DNA of 62,937 nucleotides, filler included, from Chiloscyllium plagiosum (Eukaryota): assembly GCF_004010195.1 (NCBI RefSeq). It is 5 parts of one record of this genome, joined end to end, with 100 filler letters (N's around TTAATTAATTAA, not from the genome) between each part and the next. Parts side by side here need not be neighbours in the genome. Positions count along the whole stretch, not along the records: positions 1 to 28,246 come from NC_057710.1; 4 more parts are not named here. One strand, written 5' to 3'. Shown here in pieces: positions 11,660 to 23,715 of this stretch (positions are counted from its first letter, which is position 1; each line of letters begins with the position of its first letter). Below the pieces are notes generated by a model that worked only from the letters and a program-made list of their open reading frames with translations, made no database searches and was not told where the DNA came from. Made by a program: the position numbers and the translations under genes.

Positions 11660-13291
11660 TATTATGGAAGAGGTAGTGCTGGGCAAGCTAATGGAGCTAA
11701 GGATAGACAAGTCTCCTGGCCCTAATGGAATGCATCCTCAGGTACTAAAAGAGATGGCGGGAGAAATAGCAAGTGCACTGGTGGAGATTTTCCAAAATTT
11801 GCTGATCTCTGAGGCAGTCCTAGCAGGTAGGGAAACAGCAAATGTGACCCCACTGTTAAAAAAGGGAGGTATTCAAAAAAATGGGGAATTATAAATCGGT
11901 TAGTTTAACCTCTGTGGTGGCAAAATTGCTTGAGTCTATTATCAAGGAAGAAATAACAATGCATCTCGATAGAAATTGCTTCATTGGGCAGAGGCAGCAT
12001 GAGTTCGTGAAGGGCAGGTCATGCTTAACAAATCAACTGGAATTCTATGAAGCAAGGTGGACAATAGGGACCCGGTGGATGTGGCATACCTAGATTTCCA
12101 AAAGGCTTTCGACAAGGTGCCATACAAGAGGCTGCTGCATAAGACAAGGATGCATGGCATCACGGGTAAAGTATCAGCATGGATAGAGGACTGGTTGGCT
12201 AACAGGGAGCAAAGAGTGGGGATAAATGAGTGCTATTCGGGCTGGCAATCCGTGACTAGTGGTGTGTCTCAGAGATTGGTGTTAGGATCACAAATATTCA
12301 CAACTTATATTGATGATTTGGAGTTGGGAACCACGTGTAGTGTGTCAAAGTTTGCAGATGACACTAAGGTAAGTGGCAGAACAAAGTGTGCAGAGGATTG
12401 TGAAACTTTGCAAAGGAACATAGATACTTTAAGTGAGTAGGCAAAGGTCTGGCGGATGGAATACAATGTTAATAAATGTGAAGTTATCCATTTTGGTAGG
12501 AGTAACAGTGAAAAGGACTATTACTTGAATGGTAAAACGTTGCAGCATGCTGCTGTGCAGAGGGACCTAGGTGTTCTTGTGCATGTATCACAGAAGGTTG
12601 GTCTGCAGGTACAACAAGTAATTACAAAAGCAAATTGAATTTTGTCCTTCATTGCTAAAGGGATTGAGTTTAAAAGCAGAGAGATTATGTTACAGCTGTA
12701 CAGGGTGCTGGTGAGGCCACACCTGGAGTACTGTGCACAGCTTTGGTCTCCTTACTTGAGAAAGTGGCTCTAGAACTGGCTTTAGAAGAGGAGGTTCACT
12801 TAATTCCAGAGTTGGGGGTGAGGGGGTGTCGGCTTATGAGGAGAGACTGACTAGATTGGGATTATATTCATTGGAATTCAGAAGAATGGGGGTAATCTTA
12901 AAGAAACCTATAAAATTATGAAGGGAATAGATAAGATATAAATAGAGAGAATATTTCCATTGGCAGGTGAAGCTCGGACAAGAGGGCACAGCCTCAAGAT
13001 TAGAGGGAGCAGACTTCGGACTGAGTTGAGAAGGAACTTCTTCACCCAGAGGGTTGTTAACCTATGGAATTCCCTGCCCAATGAAGTAGTTGATGCTACT
13101 TTAATAAATGTTTTTAATGCTTAGGTAGATTTTCTTTTGAACAATAAAGGAATTAAGAGATACGATGAGAGCACAGGAAAGTGGAACCGAGTCCATGAAA
13201 AGATCAGCCATGATTGTATTGAATGATGGAGCTGGCTCAAAGGGCCAGATAGCCTACTCCTGCTCCTAGTTCTTATGTTCTTATGTTCTAT

Positions 13292-13700
13292 ACTTATGTT
13301 GAAATCTATCTCTATGACTATCTGAAAATTCTTTCGCTAGAATCTGTTTCTTAACATTGTAAATAACTTTGAGGAACTACTAAGTACTACAAAATAACTT
13401 AGCTGTTATTTTCACAGATGCTTAATTAGTTAGGTTGGCTGGTTCATGGGCTGAGATTTACATGTATTGTTCTAACCGGTGCAGTTCACTTAATGGGACA
13501 ACATCCTTTCATTAATGAGGCTGGAATCAATTACTTTTCTATTCCTAGGCATCCTCTTATCAAACTGTCTCAGATGATTGTTTTAGGGCTCCCCATACAC
13601 CTTGGAGTAGCCCTGTTCAAAGGTACCATTATGTTTCACTTAAACTCTAGAGAAGGCTGTTTAATTCTACTTATTTCTTGGTAGCCATTTTGTGTCTTAA
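13292..13700 (-). mobile_element. Partial LTR related to the 16082-17084 solo LTR
   Basis: 13292-13420 aligns by eye with 16701-16820 (gttgaaatctatctct...aaata..tt..gag..ataactt), and gccattttgtgtct is shared with 17065-17078. Confidence 0.6.
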
Positions 13701-14439
13701 TGCTGGAGCAGGTTGTTTTATTCTGTTTAGACACCCTGACATCCAGGCTCTCTCATTTCATGTTGCAGGAGGTCAGAGAATGTTGTGATCCCTCAGGTCC
13801 ATACATCAAAGTTTAAAATCAGCCCTCGACTTTCCTAAGCTTATGCATTGTCAAGCTGATATCACAGACTGTAAAATTATTGATGAGACTGATAAATGCA
13901 TTGCTCTGGTATGAGCACGTGCTTGCTCCACTGATGCTTATGATCACTTTGTGATTTTAATGTGAGCTACTTATTTGTTTGCACCATTTACTGATATTAA
14001 CACTGGCTGTGTGCCGAGCAATCTGGAATGAGCTAATGCGTGATCTTATACTGACCCAGCAGAAGAAAATCATCAGGGATTCAAATCATGCATCTGTTTG
14101 ATTTCAATTCATTTAAATTAATGCTGAATATCATAACCTGGTGGATGAATCAGAATAATTCACACAGGTTCAACAGTTCTATGAATCTGGAAAAAACAAT
14201 TTCAAATTAAAAATCAATATAAGCTTTCAAATATAATTGCAATGAGAATTGATGTTCAGCTTGGGCAAGGGCAGAAAATGCAGTCTTGAAGTAAAACTGT
14301 AATTTTATTTTTACCTGGTTGGTTTGTGATAATCAAATTTCTTATTTTCACAGCCGACAAAAAATCTCTTCAAACATATAGAGTTGAGGATTGTATCATA
14401 GTGAGCTATAAAAAAGCAAACTTGGAAACAAACACCAAT

Positions 14440-14635
14440 GGTATCATTTCCAACATGACATCAAAACTGTTTAATATTTGTGATTGCTTTTGATGCTTGC
14501 CAATATATTGATCATCCTGACTGAAACAGAGCCATTTCGTGATGATCTCAACACTTAGTGCACAGTTATAATTTACAGTAGCCATAGCTTCCTCTAAGTC
14601 TGGGCTGAATCTTTTCACCTTACCTTTACATTTCA
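14440..14635 (-). pseudogene. Nesprin-like pseudo-exon
   Basis: KGKVKRFSPDLEEAMATVNYNCALSVEII resembles KGQMLKFSSMAPDLDRLNELGYRLPLNDKEI. Confidence 0.5.
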
Positions 14636-16081
14636 GAGTCCCAGCCCCAACTTGGCATGATATTCACCCACAATCTTCTGACAATCTTACTCAAGTGATA
14701 TCCACAACTTGCACATATTGATAGGTGGGTCATCCAAACACATTGCACCACATTCACTACTGACACTGTCCTTTGGGAAAAGATGGGAATTTACAGGAGA
14801 GAACAGTAGAACAGGGCCCATGGGAGATGCAGAGTTTCAGGGATAAGGAAGGCTGATGGGAGTAGGTCTGAGTGGGAGGCTGTTCAGAGAGTCAGCATGG
14901 ACTCAATGGCTTGAATGGTCTGCTTCCATACTGTAGGGATTCTATGATTCAAACACATCGCCAGGAAGCTATTGAAACAAGTGTTGGTGAGAGTATCTAG
15001 GAAGATTACATTTTCCTACCTTAAGCAATCTTCAAAATCAGACCTCATCCTTGGCATAGTGTTCAATCAATAAATGATGTGACCATGGAATTTTTGGTGC
15101 ATATGCAGATAGTCTTGTCACTGCTCTTGAACAAGATTCTGATCCGACATTTCAAATTTTGGCACAAAATTCGATTTTGTTGTCTCAAAGCTGTGATTGC
15201 ATTTTTCCATCTCATCCCAGTCGGCTCACCATTGCCCACATAGTTCAGTAGGTGGGAGAACTCAGCTCATCAGGAATCGGGGGAGCAACTCTCTGTGACT
15301 TGCTGTCAGATCTTCCACAAAGGAGGATGGTTAGGGTTACTGCAGGCCAATTACCTCAGCATGAGGACATCACCAAAAGAATTCTACTTGATAAGCACCT
15401 AAGTCTAAACAACTTGAACTATTTCATCAGGACTTTTCATTCATCATAAGATTAGCATTGGGGATATTCACCAATGATTGAACACTGTTCAATATCAGTT
15501 GCAACTACTCACATACCCATGCACAGTAAGAGCTGAATAGTTTGCAACCTTTGACTGTTGGTGGCACATCACATTTGTGATGCAGAAGTGCTTGGCAGTG
15601 ACCATTTCCAACAAAAGAGAATCCAACCCACACCATTTGAAATTCGACAACATTACTATTGCTGAATCTTTCACTATCAACATCTCAGGAGACAATAAAC
15701 TTAATTGAGCTAGCCACCAGTACGTGTAGATACAGATCAGAGACTGGAAATGCTGCGTCAGGTATTGCATCTTCTCAATCCCCAAGACCTGTCCTCCATC
15801 ACCTCCAAGACACGATTCAAGAGCATCACAGAATATTCTCCACTTGTTTTGAGCAGTGCAACTCCAAAACCACTGAAAGAACTTAAGTACCTTCCAGGAC
15901 AAAGAAGCCCATTTGATCATCACCCACTCTACCACCATAAACATTCACTCACTCCACCATGTCATTGTGGGCCACATCCAAGATGCACTGCTACGCTACA
16001 GAAACATAGAATCGAATCAGTACAGTGCAGAAAGACCCCACTCAGCCCATCAAGCCAACCCTCCTAAAGAGAATCCCACTC

Positions 16082-17084
16082 CGTAAGAGCAAGACTCTCC
16101 TGACTGTGGAACAAAGACTCAGGAGGCAGCCAGGATACAGGCACGTAGTTGACTTTTATTTGAGCAAAAACTGGTTAATGCAGTGAGAGAGCCAAAGGAC
16201 ATTTTCTGAATCTTCAGCTCAGATCAGAAGAGAGATCTGATTTTACAGTAAAAAGCAATATGTTTTTCTGTTTTGTGTTACAATGATTATACACAATAAG
16301 GTTACTGCACTCTTTCCTTCCCTTCTTTTTGACCAACCTTGTGAAGCACCTGATCAATGATGGACACTCCAATGGACAGCCCTAGGTTCTTATTTGCTTA
16401 TATAATATTTAACAATTTTTGTAATCTCCAGGCCTTGGGATATTTCTATATTGCATTCTAAAGTTATTTTCTGTCCTCATTTTGATCATGTCTCTCATTG
16501 TTTATCTCTAAGGACTGCTTGAATTCTATTTTTCATTGTACCTCTTATCAAATTCCGTTACTCCTTAAAAAATAGTTCATTCTGTTATAAAAAAACTTGC
16601 ATTATTAATAGTAATTATAATTTTATAATCATTTCTATTGTTAACATTTCCTTTAGCTAATCAAACAACATATGCCAAGCATGTCTTTAATGTTTTATGA
16701 TTACGTTGAAATCTATCTCTGTAATTATTTAAAGAATTTTTATCCAGAACTTATTAATATTGCAAATAGTTTCAGAGACAGTTAATTTCTGCAAGATAAC
16801 TTTCGCTGCTGTTTTTATGGCTGAATACATCCTTAATGAGACTAGAATTAATTACATATTGTAGTGATTTTTCAAAGTTTTTGAATTACAATTTCATTTT
16901 GTTACAAATCTTCCAAATATGTTTTTTTCTAAATCTTCTTTATAGCTATGTTTACATTCTTTTGAATCTTGCCATTCAGATAATGTTTTCTTTTGCTTTC
17001 GGATAATTCTTTTTCAAAGGCCCATTGTTTTTTATATGCTGAAGCAAGCCTTTTTTAAATTCTGGCCATTTTGTGTCTCTTACA
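16082..17084 (-). mobile_element. ~1 kb solo LTR (retroviral/LTR-retrotransposon type)
   Basis: On the minus strand it begins TGTAAGAG and ends CTCTTACG (terminal inverted 8-mer), with AATAAA ~75 nt before the end (16155-16160); it interrupts a SINE. No clean TSD seen. Confidence 0.65.
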
Positions 17085-17151
17085 AACAAGCAGCTCCAAC
17101 GCACCCTATCTCCATTATCTCACATTTATCATGGCTAACCCAACTAGCCTG

Positions 17152-17487
17152 AGTTACAAATCACACAACACCAGGTTATGGTCCAACAATGTTATTTCGA
17201 GGCACTAGCTTTCGAAGTGCTGCTTCTTCATCAGGTAGTTGGGAAGCAGGACCACAAGACACAGAATTTATAGCAAAAGTCGAACAATCTTGGGTTGTTC
17301 AATGTGTCATTGTATCACTATAATATTTTGCTATAAAATCTGTGTCTTATGGTCCTGCTTCACAACTACCTGATGAAGAAGCTGTGCTTCGAAAGCTAGT
17401 ACTTCCAATTAAACCTGTTAGACTATAACCTCGTGTGGTGTGGTTTTTAACTTTGTCAACCCTATTCAACATTGGCTCCTCCAAATT
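17152..17487. mobile_element. Penelope B non-coding fold-back insertion
   Basis: Inverted arms; TSD ccaactagcctg / ccacctagcctg (17140-17151 and 17488-17499). Confidence 0.85.
17367..17401 (+). ncRNA. Minimal hammerhead ribozyme motif with compensatory stems (Penelope B variant)
   Basis: tac-CTGATGA-a-gaagc/tgt/gcttc-GAAA-GCTA-gta, compared with cac..ggagc/gctcc..gtg in other copies. Confidence 0.8.
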
Positions 17488-17910
17488 CCACCTAGCCTGT
17501 ACATCCCTGGAAACAAAGGGTCAATCCACCTAACCTGTGAGGGGAAACTGAAGCACCTGGAGGAAACACACACACATAGGGCGAGAACATGCAAACTCCA
17601 CACAGAGAGTCACCTAAGGCCGCAATTAAATCCATGTCCCTGAAACTGTGGGGCAGCAGTGTAACCACTGAGCCACCATGCCACCTTAAACATAACAAGG
17701 AACTTCTGACAGTGCCCTCTATATTTCAAAAGCACAAGGGTAACAGACAAGTGGAAACACAATCACTTTCAATATCCCTTTCAAGTCACAAGATATCCTG
17801 ACTTGGAAAGCTATCAATTGTTGTTGTGTCAAACTCCTGGAATTCTCGAACAGCACTATGGGTGTCCCTACACTGCAAAGACTTTGTTGTTCAAAATGGC
17901 AGCACACCAT

Positions 17911-18007
17911 TCCTGATGAAGAGCTTTTGCCCGATAAATCGATTTTCCTGCTCCTGAGATGCTGCCTGACCTGCTGTGCTTTTCCAGTATCACTCTAATC
18001 TTGACTC
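17911..18007 (+). mobile_element. 97-bp Penelope A insertion starting at the hammerhead
   Basis: 15-bp TSD atggcagcacaccat (17896-17910 and 18008-18022); the insert begins tcCTGATGAag. Confidence 0.85.
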
Positions 18008-18390
18008 ATGGCAGCACACCATCACATTCAAATAGTGTGATGGTAACAACAATACCCATATTCCAAAAAAAAGATAAACTATCTCTAAACGGATGACATT
18101 AAAACGCATATGAGTTTTTAAATTATGCAGGGAATATTTTTAAAAATTGGAGTGTTTAGCAGCAAATGATGCCACTGAGGACATTGGGCAATATCATAAA
18201 TTATCATTGAATCTTGAGTATAATCATTCCTCTGTATCCACATGAGTTCTATTTCTGAGAACTCCTGCAAATGATAAAATTTGCAAGTGCAGAGCTATTT
18301 TTAAATTAGGAAAGTAACAGGTTAAAAATCACAGAACTGCATTTTTTTGTCTGCGGATGTGGAGTTTTATTGTGAACTTACTTTTTGGAG

Positions 18391-18451
18391 TAGATTAGAT
18401 TAGATTAGATTAGATTAGATTAGATTAGATTAGATTAGATTACATACAGTG
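18391..18451 (-). repeat. (TAGAT)10 microsatellite, the tail of an ultra-truncated HE1/HER1 insertion
   Basis: The reverse complement cacactgtatgtaatctaatc.. matches the HE1 tail at 41816-41835; TSD tggagtagat (18386-18395 and 18452-18461). Confidence 0.75.
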
Positions 18452-18749
18452 TGGAGTAGATAGGTGAATTCACATTTTGTGATTTTGTGGATATTGAAGA
18501 TTCACAGTAGTTTCATTTTTAAACTGTCATTTTTACCCAAATATAAGCTTACTACTTTAGAATTACACCAATTGTGCCATTGGACCATATTTTGGCAGAG
18601 CAGCTAATGGTATGTGTAGCTGGCTCAACTTGCTTTTGCACATTGAGGTGGATAAATTCAATGTTATATCAGCATCAGAGAGAGAGGATGAAAAGGTGGG
18701 AAATATTACATTAAGAGAAGGGAGAAAGTCAAGAAAGAATAAACTATAA

Positions 18750-18871
18750 CTAAATATAACATTGCTAAAATCTTCAGCCAGTCGTGAGACTTCTTGCTTG
18801 GAATTTTATTCACTACTAGTGAGATTAACTGACAATTTAACAATTATCACATCGCTAAAAGGGTATTTAGA
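18750..18871 (-). pseudogene. Nesprin-like pseudo-exon
   Basis: atttctttcag acceptor; KLSVNLTSSE*NSKQEVSRLAEDFSNV has a spectrin-repeat helical pattern. Confidence 0.4.
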
Positions 18872-19249
18872 CTGAAAGAAATAGTATTTCTGTGGAGATT
18901 CTGGTTTATGCCTACTGAGCAAATTCACACTCTTCTTTGTGTTTCAATGATAAACCAGCCAACGAGATGCTGTTTGTGTGAACTTAATGGCAGACAGCAA
19001 CATTTGTATATCCATGTTTAACTGCACAGCTGTTCCTGGTCCAAAGTTGCCTTAGCATTTCTGGCTTAAAAGCTGCAATAATCATTAGCCATACAACTAC
19101 TTTGACAGCAATTTCTGGCACAGTGTATACTCTTATGAAATTAAGATGCAATTAGTCGGGCTGAATTATTCATTTCCCTGTTACTACATCTTAATTTATC
19201 AGTGGTAATTTCTATTTTGGTTCTCAGAATGTCAACATCATAATTATTG

Positions 19250-19550
19250 TCCATCCCTTTGCCTACAACTTTATTCAGCCATTGTGAAGAGCAGTTACAA
19301 ATTAACCAATGCAGGTCTGGAATCATATATAGTCCAGACGAGATAAGGATGGAAAATTATCTCCCTTGAACAACATATGAAAAGCAGACAGGACTTTTGC
19401 ATCCAGTTGGTAGGTCCTGATCATCATTAATGACGCCAACATTTTATTCCATATTCATTAATGGATTGAATTTAAATTCTTCCAATAGCAATGGTAGAAT
19501 TTAAGCTCATGTCTCCAGAGCATTAATTCAGTCCTCTGGATCATTTCTCT
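19250..19550 (-). mobile_element. Old tRNA-derived SINE (family of 56405-56750)
   Basis: The reverse complement shares aattcaat..tggaat..tgattccagacc with the 56405 copy. Confidence 0.55.
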
Positions 19551-19817
19551 GTCGGTATTTGTGATATTTCACCACCCCCCAGACATCGCAAGCAAGGATA
19601 CGTCTGTGTTTTTTTTAACTGAGAACCTTAAATCCCTAGAATTTGATTATGTAGTCATATGTGGTTATTAACAAATAATTCAGTTTTGATAATATATTTT
19701 ATTATTAAATTTGAAGTTTATCGAGTTAGATTCACCACACCAAACTGCACTGATAAGGCAGAATAAATCATCAACACTAACAGCATATGTGATGAAACTA
19801 ACTCTTCAAATCTACAA

Positions 19818-20032
19818 GGAGAAAGTGAGGACTGCAGATGCTGGAGACCAGAGTTGAAAAATGTGGTGCTGGAGAAACACAGCAGGCCAGGCAGCATCCG
19901 AGGAGCAGGAGAATCGACGTTTTGGGCGTAAGCCCTTCTTCAGGTAGAGGAAGGGCTTATGCCCGAATCATCGATTCTCCTGCTCCTCGGATGCTGCCTG
20001 GCCTGCTGTGTTTCTCCAGCACCACATTTTTC
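19818..20032. mobile_element. Penelope A non-coding fold-back insertion
   Basis: Near-perfect inverted arms; TSD aactcttcaaatcta (19800-19814 and 20033-20047). Confidence 0.9.
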
Positions 20033-20416
20033 AACTCTTCAAATCTATAAGCCTTTCAGACAATTCAGATTTTTGAATAAACATCAGATAATAAATGTTA
20101 TTAAGTTCACTCCCCAGAAAACTAGGTGACAATTGCAAAGAAATCAATTTTAGTTCTTTAAAACAAAAATACTCAGTTTTGCCGATTTATAAACAATACT
20201 TATGAGTTTAAAACTATTTTATTTAGGAATGCAATCCCATACAAGGGTGTGAGTTTAGAGATTCGGCATTAGAACTGTTCCTGTGCTTACAAAAGGCTAT
20301 CTTATACTGTTATGTATTGCATCCTGACAAAAGTACAAATTGACTGGTGAACAGACTCAAGAACAAAACCTATTCGCAATAAAGAGACTGCCAGTAAGTC
20401 CTTCTCTGAGTACTTA

Positions 20417-20604
20417 TGATTTGGAGATGCCGGTGTTGGACTGGGATGTACAAAGTTAAAAATCACACAACACCAGGTTATAGTCCAACAGGTTTAATTG
20501 GAAGCGCATTAGCTTTCGGAGCGTCACTCCTTCATCACCTGATGAAGCTAGGGTGCTTCAAATTAAACCTGTTGGACTATAATCTGGTGTTGTGTGATTT
20601 TTAA
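20417..20604. mobile_element. Penelope B non-coding fold-back insertion
   Basis: 13-bp TSD ctctgagtactta (20404-20416 and 20605-20617); the turn-around lies inside the hammerhead (ccttcatca-cc-tgatgaag). Confidence 0.9.
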
Positions 20605-20981
20605 CTCTGAGTACTTAGTACAGGTAAATAGATTATTGGTTCAATGACTATTGCAGGAGGACATGCCAGTAACAGCATCAGAGAAACCTAAAAATGAGGT
20701 GTCAACCTGGTGCGGCATCAAAACAGGACTACGTGTGGGATAAACAGCATAAGCAGCAAACAGTGGAGCTAAATAATTCCACAACCAATGGATCACATCT
20801 AAGTTTGCAGTCCTGCCACATTCAGTCTTTCATGGACAATTACACAACTCACTATAGGAGGTGAGTCCACAAATATCCTCATCTTCAGTGAGATAGGAAT
20901 CCAGCATATAACTACAAAAGACAAGGCTGAAGCATTCTCACAAATCATCATCCAAAACTTAACAACCTACCTAGACATGCT

Positions 20982-21583
20982 TGTTATGGACCAGGCCAGA
21001 ACCTCCTCAAAATTTTCAAGAAGTTAGCCTAGACCCTAACTTTTTCTTATTTTAAAGTAGATGTGAAGTAGGTTTTCCAGGTGCAATGCAACTGGCCAAA
21101 CCACTTGGCTTTAAACAAAACAGAATTTGTTTAAACACTACAGTCAAAATACAATCAAATGACGTGGAATTTAGAATAACCTAACTATTGGAAAACTTAA
21201 CTGACCTGATACAGTAACTATCACTAATTAACTGTTCCAATACAGTAACATCCTATAAACACAGTCCTTGGCAAAAAGGTAAATGCAAATACAGATTCTT
21301 ACAGGCAGGAGGGAACAACATCCAGATAGAGATTTCAGAGAAAGTCCACCAGGAGTCCTTTACTGAAGCTTGCAACTCTTCTGGATTCACACATCTTGTG
21401 ACTTCTACAGCTGAACAAAAACTAGGAGATGTGAACTGAGAGAAAGGTCTACTGTGCTTCCATGTTAAGTTATTTTTAAAAAATGCAAAGGCCTCTTAAA
21501 ATTTTTGGCAGCTCCGCTTTAACAACATCTCTTCAAAAAAACCTCGGACAAAACAATCTTTTTAAAGTGACAGTATCATCACA
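20982..21583. mobile_element. Probable solo LTR (~600 bp) inserted in the LINE
   Basis: Begins TGTTATG and ends CATCACA; imperfect 4-bp flanks tgct/tcct; LINE sequence resumes on both sides. Confidence 0.55.
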
Positions 21584-22483
21584 TCCTCCAGAATCCGAGC
21601 ATCACAGATGCCAGTCTTCATCCAATTTACTTCACTGTGTATGGTATCAAGAAACAGGTGGATGTGCTGGATTCTGCAAATACTATGGTCCCTGACAACA
21701 TTCTGGTGATAGCACTGAAGTCATATACTCAGAAATTGTCATACCTCTCGTCAAACTACGTCAGTATAGCTACAACACTAGCATCTACCCAACAATATGG
21801 CAAATGGCTCAGGCATGTCCCACACATAAAAACCAGGACAAAACCAAGTAAGCTGATGACCGCCCCATCAGTCTACTCTCGATCATCAGTAAAGTGATAG
21901 AAGGTGTCATCGACAATGCTATCAAGCAGCACCTGCTCAGCAATAACCTGCTCAGTGATGCCCAGTTTTAGCTCTGCCAGGGCCACTCATTTCCTCACCT
22001 TACTGCTGTCTTGGTTCAAACATCGGCAAAAGAACTGAATTCCAGAGTTGAGGTGAGAGTGACAGCCCGTGGCATGAAGGCTGCATTTGACTAGTTGTGA
22101 TATCAAGGAGCCCTAGCAAAATTAGAATCAATGGCAATCAGGGGTAGAATTTTCTGCTGGTTAGAATCATACTTGCCACATAGGAAGATGGTTGTGGTTG
22201 TTGGCGGTCAGTCATCTCAACTGCAGGCCATCTCTGTAGGAGTTTCTCAGAGTAGTGTCCTCAGCCCAACCATCTTCAGCTGCTTCATCAATCACCTTTC
22301 CTCTGCCATGAGATCAGAAGTGGGGATTGCACATTGTTCAGTACCATTCATGACTCCCAAGATAACAGTTCATGTCCAAATACAACAAGACCAGAACAAT
22401 GTCCAGGTTTGGGCTGAAAAATGGCAACTATCATTAATGCTATACTAATGACTATTTTCAGTAGGAGACAATCTAATCACTGC

Positions 22484-22694
22484 GGAGAAAGTGAGGTCTG
22501 CAGATGCTGGAGATCAGAGCTGGAAATGTGTTGCTGGAAAAGCGCAGCAGGTCAGGCAGCATCCAGGGAACAGGAGAATCGACGTTTCGGGCATAAGCCC
22601 TTCTTCAGGAATCTTCAGGCTTATGCCCGAAACGTCGATTGTCCTGTTCCCTGGATGCTGCCTGACCTGCTGCGCTTTTCCAGCAACACATTTC
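22484..22694. mobile_element. Penelope A fold-back insertion with an intact minus-strand hammerhead core
   Basis: 15-bp TSD caatctaatcactgc (22469-22483 and 22695-22709); the reverse complement of ~22579-22610 reads CTGAAGA-a-gggc/ttat/gccc-GAAACGTC. Confidence 0.9.
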
Positions 22695-23531
22695 CAATCT
22701 AATCACTGCCCCTTGGTATTCAATGGTGTTACCATCAGTGAATCCCCCACTATCAACATCCTAGGGTACCATTGTTCAGAAACTGAACTGGACCAGTCAT
22801 ATGAATACAGTGGTTACAGGACCAGGTCAGAGGCTAGGAATATTGAAGTGAGTTACTCTTCTCTGGATGCCCCAAAGCCTGTCCACCAGCTACAACGTAC
22901 AAGTCACTAGTCTGATAGAATACTCCCTACTTGCCTAAGTGGAGTGCTAGCAAAACTCAAGAGGCTTGACACCATCCAGGACAAAACAGTCCGTTTGATT
23001 AGTACCACATCCACAAATATTCACTCCCTCCACAAGTGACACTCAATAGCAGCATTGTGTACTATCTCCAAGATATGCTGCAGAAATTCACCAAGGCTCC
23101 TTTGACAGCACATTCCAACACATGACCACATCCATCTAGAAAGACAAGGGCAGCAGGTACGTGGGAACACCACCATCTGCATGGTCTTCTCCAAGCATTG
23201 ACTTGGAAATATGTTGCCATTTCTTCACTGTTGCTTGGTCAAAATGCTGGAATTCCCTAATTACATTGTGGGTTACCTACAGCACATGGACTGCAGTGGT
23301 TTAAGAAGGCAGCTCACCATCACCTTCTCAAAGGCAACTATGAATGGGCATAAATGCTGATCAGCCAGTGATGCCCAATTCCTATGCATGAACAAAAAAA
23401 AGTAGTCTAAAGAATTTTTCAAATAAAATATAATTTTCAAACAATCGTACATTGTAATTACAATAACATAAAAACACTTAATTTAAAATAGTAGCTCAAA
23501 TTCAGGGTACATAATTTATTGCTTAGATCTC

Positions 23532-23715
23532 TTAAAAAAATGTTTAATGTTTTATATTTGTCTGACTCTGGCCTCTTATGAATTCTTTCTTTCATTTATG
23601 TAGCCAATGGTGGCGATATTCCAGTCACTTAGGCCACCGTTGGCTACACAAATGAAAGAAAGGATTCATAAGAGGCCAGAGTCAGACAAATATAAAACAT
23701 TAAACATGTTTTTAA
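23532..23715. repeat. Long palindrome (83-bp arms, 18-bp loop)
   Basis: ttaaaaaaatgttt...ggtggc and gccacc...aaacatgtttttaa are reverse complements with only a few mismatches. Confidence 0.9.

Larger units (their letters stand above)
9180..13290 (+). mobile_element. Near full-length ORF2 CR1 LINE (degenerate), interrupted by a Penelope B insertion
   Basis: APE motifs YLNARSIRNK, GVVYQPP and MGDFN; RT motifs YLDFQKAFDKVP and KFADDTK; (TTCTTATG)n tail at ~13270-13290. Confidence 0.95.
16005..17685 (-). mobile_element. HE1-type SINE split by a solo LTR and a Penelope B hairpin
   Basis: Tail at 16005-16081, middle at 17085-17151, V domain and tRNA head at 17488-17685. Confidence 0.75.
15250..18070 (+). 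mobile_element. CR1/L2-type LINE fragment (family of 20660-23400) hosting nested insertions
   Basis: RT remnants at 15250-16000; the 3' end (ctgacttggaaa..cagcacaccat..cccatattccaaaaaa) resumes at 17690-18070. Confidence 0.7.
20660..23402 (+). mobile_element. CR1/L2-type LINE (RT domain to 3' end), degenerate
   Basis: MVPDNI, RPISLLSIISKVIEG and WLESYL..RKMVVVVGGQSS..GVSQSSVLSPTIFSCFIN motifs; 3' tail cagctcaccatcaccttctcaaaggcaact...atgaacaaaaaaa. Confidence 0.9.

Noticed and set aside
16850..17080. K/E-rich minus-strand frame as a nesprin exon
   Set aside because: It lies inside the solo LTR and reflects A-rich composition.
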